This document shows, piece after piece, positions 8,426 to 15,524 of a stretch of 55,931 nt of DNA. The position numbers and the translations under genes were made by a program. The stretch is from a virus. Taxonomy: Duplodnaviria > Caudoviricetes. Under the pieces are notes generated by a model. The model made no database searches and was not told the origin of the DNA. It saw only the letters and a list, made by a program, of their open reading frames with translations. Within the stretch, counting starts at the first letter, position 1. Each line of letters begins with the position of its first letter. The stretch spans positions 1 to 55,931 of IMG/VR virus record IMGVR_UViG_3300016476_000183. The stretch is one strand, 5' to 3'.

Positions 8426-8453
8426 AAAAAGAAACCCGCCTGTTAGGGCGGGT
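8426..8453 (-). terminator. intrinsic terminator
   Basis: ACCCGCC stem followed by TTTCTTTTT on the minus strand, right after gene 8456. Confidence 0.8.
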
Positions 8454-8455
8454 CG

Positions 8456-8674
8456 TTAGATGGGTAGAAAGAAACTTCTCGGTAACTGTATCGGGTGGCT
8501 CGGGTTCTTGAATAGTGTGACCGTTAGGGAGTTGTCGAAGTGTTTTGATGGTTTGCCAAGTTCTGTGACTACGCCTGTGTCGCCATGCTTAAGTTCCAGC
8601 GCCCCATCATAGAGGCCGAATGGTCCCACGTACTTGACTAGATCACCGATCATGTATGGACCTGATCTCTCCAT
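8456..8674 (-). CDS. small SH3-like protein
   Basis: MIGDLVKYVG...HGDTGVVTEL; start reassigned to 8674 (GGGGAG RBS). Confidence 0.65.
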   Translation of the reverse strand: MERSGPYMIGDLVKYVGPFGLYDGALELKHGDTGVVTELGKPSKHFDNSLTVTLFKNPSHPIQLPRSFFLPI

Positions 8675-8891
8675 AGTATGCTCCCCACTCTTTCCCCGGC
8701 CACCCGAAGAACTCGATGACGTACTCATAGTTTTTCCACTTGCCATAGCCCACCACTGCTTTGACCACGGCAGTGTCTCCTTCGACGGGATGCTCCCCAA
8801 CCCCCCACTCGAACTCTGTCCTAAACACATCCACCCCGTAACCTGTCAGGTAAACCACGTCTCCTACTTCGAAGTCTGGTTTGTCGCTCAT
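8643..8891 (-). CDS. small SH3-like protein
   Basis: FEVGDVVYL...EGDTAVV...YVIEFF; start reassigned to 8891. Confidence 0.65.
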   Translation of the reverse strand: MSDKPDFEVGDVVYLTGYGVDVFRTEFEWGVGEHPVEGDTAVVKAVVGYGKWKNYEYVIEFFGWPGKEWGAYYGEIRSIHDR

Positions 8892-9172
8892 TTCACTTCC
8901 TCCAACCATGGGCTGCTCAGGTAGTGCAGCTTCTCAGGACAGGTGAAGAACCTCACCCCATACAGGTCGATGATCTTGTACCCCTCGTCGTTTTTACCGG
9001 CTGTCTCGATGATGCCCGTGTCGCCGTTGGATACTGGTATGTCTGTCCAGTTGCTCAGCCACCGGGCTGGCTCCCTGTACTTGACGAGTGTGCCTTTCTT
9101 AAAGTTCCTCCTGAGAGGCTCAAGCTCCGGCCATATGTCGTCGAGTAGGTTTGCTTGCTTGGGCTTAGTCAT
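8888..9172 (-). CDS. small SH3-like protein
   Basis: FKKGTLVKY...NGDTGII...GVRFF...WLEEV; start reassigned to 9172. Confidence 0.65.
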   Translation of the reverse strand: MTKPKQANLLDDIWPELEPLRRNFKKGTLVKYREPARWLSNWTDIPVSNGDTGIIETAGKNDEGYKIIDLYGVRFFTCPEKLHYLSSPWLEEVK

Positions 9173-9428
9173 CGACCACCTCCAGCCACATATCACCCAA
9201 CCAAATCTCCTCGTCCGGCCAACGGAAGAACCTGATTCGCTTCAATGGTGCGACATCATCACCTCCGCCAAGTATTTCCTCGACTACACCCACGTCACCA
9301 AACTCAATCGAGCAATCGGCCCACGGTGGCTTAGGCCCCGACCATCGGTGCATCTGCTCAGCAACCACTGGCATCACAGTCCCCGGTTTGACGGGTACAC
9401 ACCTCACGACTGTGCCTACCTCAATCAT
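9165..9428 (-). CDS. small SH3-like protein
   Basis: IEVGTVVRC...FGDVGVV...RIRFF...WLEVV. Confidence 0.65.
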   Translation of the reverse strand: MIEVGTVVRCVPVKPGTVMPVVAEQMHRWSGPKPPWADCSIEFGDVGVVEEILGGGDDVAPLKRIRFFRWPDEEIWLGDMWLEVVDD

Positions 9429-9603
9429 CGGGGTTGTCCTCCTCGCGGTTGGCCAGCATCTCCGCTGTCACTCGCTCGATCATGCGCTGCATCAGTGACC
9501 CGGTATCCCACGCCCCGCTGAGTATTGCACTCTTGTGGAACGGTGCTGTCCATAGCTCCGCCAGTCGCTGGCGCGCTATCACGACGATCTTATCAGTATC
9601 CAT
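9421..9603 (-). CDS. hypothetical protein
   Basis: GAGGAGG RBS; AILSGAWD motif. Confidence 0.6.
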   Translation of the reverse strand: MDTDKIVVIARQRLAELWTAPFHKSAILSGAWDTGSLMQRMIERVTAEMLANREEDNPDD

Positions 9604-9613
9604 CACAACCTCC

Positions 9614-10414
9614 TCACGCCATGGCATCTATGCTTGCGTAGGCATCAGCCAACCATTCCCCGAAGTTCGTCCCCATAGGTACGACCCCGGACCTCATCTT
9701 GATGAACGCCTCGATCTGGCGCTGCTTCCACCCTCGCGAGCGATACTCGGCAAGCTGCTCCGCACTTGGCACAAACTCACCCGTGGGTATCTCCCCCATC
9801 TGGTAGACCATTTTCCCATCCCGCACTCGCACCATCACAGGCTCGTAGTCCATGGGGTTGTCCACCACTTCATACTCCCCGGCCAGCCACCGCTGCACCA
9901 GTTCCTCTTGGTTGAGTACCTTCATGGGATACTTGTCTTGCGACACGACCCCTTCAGGCGTGGCAAAACTTATGGACTCCACCTTCTCCCCGGTATCCAC
10001 GTCCTTGAACCTCGCCATGACGCTAGGCAGTATGGCCGTGCCAGTCTTGTTCTCATAAAAGAAAACCTTGCACTGGTTCACGACCACACCCTGCTCGTTG
10101 TACGGGTCCTTGAGCCTCACCCCATCCATGATGACACGCTGGTCGGCATCCTCCGGGATGAGCTTGTTCTTGCGCTTCTTGAGTACGATCCCCTTGGTCT
10201 TGGGTGCATCCGAGTCTGTCCCGAATGTGTTGGTGGTATGTGGTTTGATCTCGTCAGGGGATTTAATCGGATTAAATGTCCCATCCCCCAGCGACATCAA
10301 GACATAGGACAACATGTCCTCGCTACTGCGGAACGATGCCTTGGCCGCACGGCGCAGATTCCTCAACGCCTCCACTGGCAACGTAAACGTCACCTTCATA
10401 GTATCACCAGCCAT
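9614..10414 (-). CDS. protein with N-terminal ribbon-helix-helix-like domain
   Basis: MKVTFTLPVEALRNLRRAAKASFRSSEDMLSYVL is RHH/Arc-like; the remainder is unknown. Confidence 0.6.
   Translation of the reverse strand: MAGDTMKVTFTLPVEALRNLRRAAKASFRSSEDMLSYVLMSLGDGTFNPIKSPDEIKPHTTNTFGTDSDAPKTKGIVLKKRKNKLIPEDADQRVIMDGVRLKDPYNEQGVVVNQCKVFFYENKTGTAILPSVMARFKDVDTGEKVESISFATPEGVVSQDKYPMKVLNQEELVQRWLAGEYEVVDNPMDYEPVMVRVRDGKMVYQMGEIPTGEFVPSAEQLAEYRSRGWKQRQIEAFIKMRSGVVPMGTNFGEWLADAYASIDAMA
10262..10276. repeat. palindromic motif copy 7 (intragenic)
   Basis: ATTTAATCGGATTAAAT inside 9614..10414. Confidence 0.95.
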
Positions 10415-10635
10415 CAGTCGTCATCCAACTCTGCCAGCACATCATCCAGCGGGCGGGCGCGAGAACCAAAGGCCATACCGCTCCGCTTGGCACTGTGACC
10501 CACAGCAGGATGTGAGAAGTTTTCCGATAGATAATAGGACAAGAAGTTGCTGATCGAACGCAGATCGTCCTTGGCGGCTGCCGCCACAGCGTCATAAACT
10601 TCGTCGGGAACAAGAATCTGGATACGGCGTGTCAT
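10414..10635 (-). CDS. ribbon-helix-helix (Arc/CopG-like) protein
   Basis: MTRRIQILVPDEVYDAVAAAAKDDLRSISNFLSYYL. Confidence 0.7.
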   Translation of the reverse strand: MTRRIQILVPDEVYDAVAAAAKDDLRSISNFLSYYLSENFSHPAVGHSAKRSGMAFGSRARPLDDVLAELDDD

Positions 10636-11439
10636 AAAATCCTACTATGTTTGAGTAAGATCGAGTCGTTGTAACGTCGATCACACTCTACTTAAACCGG
10701 GAGAGACCTACTGACAATGCACCGAATGCTACTCTCCTGTGAGTTGTTGTTGCGGATTCTCGGAGACTTGTGACGGTGTTTTGTCGCTACATTGATGGTA
10801 TGCGTGGGTAGCATGTGGGTGTGGTTTGGTGTGATGTGATGGCGGTTTGAGTATGTTAGAGTAGCTATGAGCTACTACAGGTGAGTATGTGTTGGTGGGA
10901 TGTTGCTTCGATGTTACTCAAATGTCGAGGTAAATGTAAGGTCGATGTAAGTGCAAGTGATTGGAATCATTGATTAATGCACAAATGTAAGCGGTTTGGG
11001 GTACCAGAGGGGTTTGGGGGCAGAAAAAATTTTCTCCGCGCAGAGGGGCCGAAAAAAAATTCGCTCGGGGAACCAGCTACCTTTTTCACTTACATTTATA
11101 CATTTGAACATTTGCACTACACTAACACAACAACACACACCCCCACCGTGGCACTAAGTACCTGTATTTCCTTGGTTCCTAACGTAACCCCGGTTTACGT
11201 AAACGTGCTTGTTGCGATGTTTTCGCAAATGTAAGGTGTTTACGTAGCCTTGCAAGGGAATGAAATTAAACGATTTCGTTTACGTAGCCCTGATCGGGCT
11301 AAAAGTTTACAGAAAACGCCCCTCTGGCACCCCCTCCGCAGCCCATATTCGCATCGCGACACCATATCCGTTTACGTGGATGTGTGCGTGTGTACGGGTG
11401 AAACGTCACATCGTAATGTGATGAGTATGACTGCCGTCA

Positions 11440-11454
11440 TTTAATCGGATTAAA
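11440..11454. repeat. palindromic motif copy 8
   Basis: TTTAATCGGATTAAA in the non-coding region. Confidence 0.95.
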
Positions 11455-11493
11455 TACTATACAAGACACACGAATGAGTAGGATTGACGCGGA

Positions 11494-11508
11494 TTTAATC
11501 GGATTAAA
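11494..11508. repeat. palindromic motif copy 9
   Basis: TTTAATCGGATTAAA 54 nt after copy 8. Confidence 0.95.
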
Positions 11509-11631
11509 TGAAAAAACGTGTGTTTTGAGTGGTTTGCAGAAAGTGCTTGCGCTAGGTGCAGCACGTGCTACGTAAAGGGGGCCGGGGCGAGCTATGCCCT
11601 AGGCAATCAACACTAGCAGAAAGACAATCCA

Positions 11632-12318
11632 ATGACTGTTTCCAAGAACAATCCCGCTGCAATCGCAAAGATTAACGCTGCTAAGGTAAGCGCCGAACGC
11701 AAGGTGCACCTTGAGTCGTACCGGGTGACGATCGGGCAGGCGGTAATTGCTGCAAACAAGGCCCATGGTGCAGTGACTAGCACCATGATTGCCGCAACCT
11801 TGGAGCTTGCCAGCAACAAAGTATTCAAGGGCGCAAAGCTTGCAGATTTTGACCGTATGGTGCGCCCGGTACTGAAGGCCGCTATTGAGCCGCTGGAGAC
11901 TGTAGGTGCTGGCAGCAAGGCCGGATACCTCACGGGGTGCCGCAATCTGTTTCTTGCCAAGGCCAATGGCATTGCGCCCGGCACGGTCAATCTCACGCAA
12001 GCAACGTGGAACGCCGGTATTGTTTCCAAGCTCCAAGCCAAGGGGGTTGTGCCCGCCGCCGTTGAAGGGGTGAAGGGCAAGGGCCGCCCTAAGGGCACTA
12101 CAGGGGGCAAGGCGAACCCCGGTGCAGGGCGCACCCCTGCACAACAGGACAGTGCAGCTAGCAAGGGGGCCGCAAGCTCCCCTAAGGTGGTCACGGTGCA
12201 GGCATTGCAGGACATGCTACGTCTCGCAGGCATTGGAGAGCATAGCGAGCAATTGGCCCACCTTATCCTGAACGAGCGCCCTGTAGTGATTAAGTGGTTG
12301 AATAGTACCGCCGACTAG
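11632..12318 (+). CDS. solitary Ala/Lys/Gly-rich basic hypothetical protein
   Basis: 228-aa ORF followed by strong terminators. Confidence 0.75.
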   Translation: MTVSKNNPAAIAKINAAKVSAERKVHLESYRVTIGQAVIAANKAHGAVTSTMIAATLELASNKVFKGAKLADFDRMVRPVLKAAIEPLETVGAGSKAGYLTGCRNLFLAKANGIAPGTVNLTQATWNAGIVSKLQAKGVVPAAVEGVKGKGRPKGTTGGKANPGAGRTPAQQDSAASKGAASSPKVVTVQALQDMLRLAGIGEHSEQLAHLILNERPVVIKWLNSTAD

Positions 12319-12338
12319 TCTGGACTAGTCTGGACCAC

Positions 12339-12373
12339 GGGAGGCTAGCCAATTGGCTAGCCTCCCTTTTTTT
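12339..12373 (+). terminator. intrinsic terminator
   Basis: 28-bp perfect palindrome GGGAGGCTAGCCAATTGGCTAGCCTCCC plus T7. Confidence 0.9.
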
Positions 12374-12391
12374 GTGCCTATTCAATACGAT

Positions 12392-12427
12392 AGCGTGATA
12401 CGCCGCGATGCGTGTCACGCTTTTTTT
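12392..12427 (+). terminator. second tandem terminator
   Basis: GCGTGATACGC...GCGTGTCACGC stem followed by a T run. Confidence 0.7.
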
Positions 12428-12450
12428 GTGCCATTTTTTCGTGCGTGTGA

Positions 12451-12530
12451 GGGTGGCAGGGTGGGTTGCTGGTAGGGTGGTATGGGTGGGGGGTAGGGGG
12501 GTGGGGTCCGGCGTGATCGGGTGGGGGTGG
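12451..12530 (+). other. G-rich tract (G-quadruplex-capable)
   Basis: About 10 runs of GGG to GGGGGG in 80 nt upstream of the packaging genes. Confidence 0.6.
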
Positions 12531-12628
12531 ATGCTTAAGTAGTGCGTGTAAAGCGCCCCCTATTTTTTAGTATAGTGTAGCCCCAGCTACGTGTATACTT
12601 GACGGGCAAGTACACGTATAGTAAAGCT

Positions 12629-12823
12629 ATGGACGAGGACGATCTCTACGAGCTTCTTGACTGGTGCGATGAGGGTGATCTATTCATCATGCACAGGGGC
12701 GAGGGCAATCACGTACCGTTCGAATGCTGGTGCTACCCGCTGGAACTTCCCGTAGACTATGTGATGGAAGCAGAGCCAGAGGTCTTAAAAGAACTACTGG
12801 AACAGTTCTTCAGGATACACTGA
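12629..12823 (+). CDS. acidic hypothetical protein
   Basis: MDEDDLYELLDWCDEG...; first gene of the late block. Confidence 0.55.
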   Translation: MDEDDLYELLDWCDEGDLFIMHRGEGNHVPFECWCYPLELPVDYVMEAEPEVLKELLEQFFRIH

Positions 12824-12824
12824 T

Positions 12825-13250
12825 ATGGCGAAACCCGACTCAGACTATAACATGGACGAGGTGCTAGGCACCTACCGCCTAGACGGCTCCATGCTGCGGT
12901 CAAAATCCCGTGTACTCTTGGAAGACTGGATCGAGCGCATCTATCCACGGATGCAAGACGATACCACCCCAACATCAACCCTGCTCGACATCGGTAAGAC
13001 GCTTATCGAACTGGGTGACATGAAACCCAAAACAAACTCCCAACCCGTCCAGCAAGGCCCCGGCTTCAGCATTACAATCAACATCCCCCAAGCCGAAGGC
13101 AAACCACCCATAACAATCGAGGGAACCGCACTACCCGTAGAAAGCGTTGAAGAACAAGAGGTTGAAGCCTTTCTTGAAGACGCAGCGGAAGAAACCTTGA
13201 ATGCTATTCCGGTACCTGACTTTGATCTGGAGGAAGACGACGATGGCTAA
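12825..13250 (+). CDS. putative terminase small subunit-like protein
   Basis: Upstream of TerL; GPGFSITINI tail; positional inference. Confidence 0.45.
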   Translation: MAKPDSDYNMDEVLGTYRLDGSMLRSKSRVLLEDWIERIYPRMQDDTTPTSTLLDIGKTLIELGDMKPKTNSQPVQQGPGFSITINIPQAEGKPPITIEGTALPVESVEEQEVEAFLEDAAEETLNAIPVPDFDLEEDDDG

Positions 13251-13545
13251 GACCCCTGCGTGGCAGCGCAAAGCTGGCAAGAACCCTGCTGGTGGATTGA
13301 ATGAAGCGGGTCGTCGCAGCGCCCGAGCAGAGGGCATGAACCTCAAGGCACCAGTCAAGTCTGGCGACAATCCACGCCGTGCATCGTTCCTTGCTCGTAT
13401 GGGTAACATGCCCGGACCAGAGCATGATGAGAAGGGTAGGCCCACACGCCTCCTGAAATCGTTGCAGGTATGGGGTGCCAGTTCCAAGGCAGATGCCAAG
13501 AAGAAGGCGGCAGCTATCAGTAAGCGGCTGAAGAATAAGAAATGA
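13243..13545 (+). CDS. basic conserved phage protein (DUF6321-like)
   Basis: MAKTPAWQRKAGKNPAGGLN.KGR...RRASFLARM; GGAGG RBS; start reassigned to 13243. Confidence 0.75.
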   Translation: MAKTPAWQRKAGKNPAGGLNEAGRRSARAEGMNLKAPVKSGDNPRRASFLARMGNMPGPEHDEKGRPTRLLKSLQVWGASSKADAKKKAAAISKRLKNKK

Positions 13546-14033
13546 TTAAGCACTGCACCAAGTGTGATGCGGTCAAAGAAACGACCCTATTCTCTAAACG
13601 TGCCAGATCGCCGGATGGCCTAGCTTCTTGGTGTAAGCAGTGCATGACCGCATATAAAAAACGCTGGGTGATAGATAACCCGGATAAACATAGGGCACAC
13701 GCACTCAAGTCGTACCACAAAGACCCGTCGAAAAACCGGGTCGCCAACAGAGAGTGGTATCGAAACAACCGAGGAAAGAATCGCGCAAAGACAGTTCAGT
13801 ACAAACTGGCAAAGATAAATCGCACCCCACCGTGGGCCGACTTAGATGCAATCCGGGCGATATACGTGGAGTGTGCGCGCAGACGCGCAGCCGGTGAAAA
13901 TGTTGTTGTGGACCATATCGTACCTCTTCGCGGAAAGTATGTAAGTGGTCTACATGTTCATCAGAATTTACGTATCATCCCTCACGATGAAAACGCTCGC
14001 AAGGGCAACAAGTTCGAGCTAGACCATGAGTGA
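13542..14033 (+). CDS. HNH endonuclease
   Basis: CTKC...CKQC; TPPWAD; VDHIVPLRGKYVSGLHVHQNL...N..K.N. Confidence 0.9.
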   Translation: MIKHCTKCDAVKETTLFSKRARSPDGLASWCKQCMTAYKKRWVIDNPDKHRAHALKSYHKDPSKNRVANREWYRNNRGKNRAKTVQYKLAKINRTPPWADLDAIRAIYVECARRRAAGENVVVDHIVPLRGKYVSGLHVHQNLRIIPHDENARKGNKFELDHE

Positions 14034-15474
14034 CATATCATACACACCACCCCCGTCAGCAGCGGGGTTCCTTACGTCGGAAGCCTTTATCTCGCTCATT
14101 TGCGGGCCAGTAGGGTCTACAAAGACCACGGCATCCATCATGAAGATTGCGTACCATGCTAAACAAATGGCGGCTTGCCGGGATGGCATTCGACGTTCTC
14201 GTGCTATTGTTATTCGTAACACTCGTGAGCAGTTGCGGGACACTACTATACCGGACTTTACGAAATGGTTTCCAGATGGAGTTGCAGGAACGTACCTCAA
14301 GACAGAGTACAAGTTCCTCCTCCGGTTCGACGACGTGGAATGCGAAGTCTTGTTCCGAGGGCTTGATGACGCGAACGACGTTAGGCGACTACTGTCTCTC
14401 CAAGCCAGCTTTGGTGTGCTCGACGAGTTTCGAGAGATCAACCCATCCATCTTCGAAGCCCTGCAAGGTCGTCTGGGACGCTACCCCGACGGGATGATGG
14501 TACCGCATCGACCGGAGTGGGGGGTCGATAAGAAAGGAAACCCGATACAAGGATGTGTCACAGACACTGGAGAACCCAACGCGCACGTGTGGGGAGCGAC
14601 GAACCCACCGGACATGGACACATTTTGGGAAAACTTCCTGAGCGATCCACCGGAGAACGCGAACGTGTTCTTCCAACCCTCAGGTCTCTCGCCGGAAGCG
14701 GACTGGGTGAAGTTCCTACCGCAGGATTACTACGAGAACCTAGCTGAAGGTAAGTCTGAGGACTGGATTGACGTATATATCAACGCCAAATTCGGTAAAT
14801 CTCTGGCAGGTAAACCAGTATTTCCGTCTTTCCGGAGCGATTTCCACGTCGCAAAACAACCAATAAAACCTATCAGATCGGACCAAAAACCACTGATTAT
14901 TGGTATGGATTTCGGCCTTTCACCGGCAGCAACCATCAATCAGCTAGACTTGCATGGGCGTTTCTTGACGTTTGCCAGCATTTCTAGCGAAGGCATGGGG
15001 ATTACTCGGTTCATTCAGGAGAAACTGCGACCCCTTCTTACGGAGAGGTTCCCCGGTTTGCCGGTTGTTGTGATCGGGGACCCGGCAGGTAGTCAGCGAG
15101 CGCAGACTGACGAGAGGTCGTGCTTCGATATCTTGAAGGCAGAGGGGTATCGGGTGTTGCCCGCCTCCACGAACAGCGTGGTGGCCCGTATTGCTGCTGT
15201 CGAGAAGCTGCTGTCGCGCCAGATCGAGGGTGGCCCCGGTCACTTGATTGATCCTAGCTGCACCGAGTTGATTCGAGCTATGCGCGGGGGCTATCGCTAC
15301 CGGCTAAAGAAGAACGGTGAGATGGATGCGGCTCCGGAGAAGAACTCACACTCGCACGTAGCAGACGCTCACCAGTACGCATGTCTCCACGCAGAAGGCG
15401 GAAGTATGTTTGGGACGATGATGCGGTCCGAGAAGCGTGAGATCAAGAGAGTCTCTGCCGCAGGGTGGACATAA
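14026..15474 (+). CDS. terL: terminase large subunit
   Basis: Walker A GPVGSTKT, Walker B VLDEFRE, TNPP, nuclease GMDFG, GDPAG, SHVADA. Confidence 0.95.
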   Translation: MSDISYTPPPSAAGFLTSEAFISLICGPVGSTKTTASIMKIAYHAKQMAACRDGIRRSRAIVIRNTREQLRDTTIPDFTKWFPDGVAGTYLKTEYKFLLRFDDVECEVLFRGLDDANDVRRLLSLQASFGVLDEFREINPSIFEALQGRLGRYPDGMMVPHRPEWGVDKKGNPIQGCVTDTGEPNAHVWGATNPPDMDTFWENFLSDPPENANVFFQPSGLSPEADWVKFLPQDYYENLAEGKSEDWIDVYINAKFGKSLAGKPVFPSFRSDFHVAKQPIKPIRSDQKPLIIGMDFGLSPAATINQLDLHGRFLTFASISSEGMGITRFIQEKLRPLLTERFPGLPVVVIGDPAGSQRAQTDERSCFDILKAEGYRVLPASTNSVVARIAAVEKLLSRQIEGGPGHLIDPSCTELIRAMRGGYRYRLKKNGEMDAAPEKNSHSHVADAHQYACLHAEGGSMFGTMMRSEKREIKRVSAAGWT

Positions 15475-15524
15475 TACTTGTCAAGTGATAAACTGCTACG
15501 CAGTTTATTCGTATCGGAGCCGGG

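Larger units (their letters stand above)
10636..11631. other. about 1-kb non-coding divergence region with short repeats (candidate origin or control region)
   Basis: No convincing ORF; AAATGTAAG and GTTTACGT repeats; GT-rich then AC-rich tracts; strand switch. Confidence 0.55.

Noticed and set aside
4335..11508. Palindrome copies as a CRISPR array
   Set aside because: Repeat is only 14-17 nt, spacing is irregular (54 to about 1960 nt), the intervals hold whole genes, and there is no cas operon
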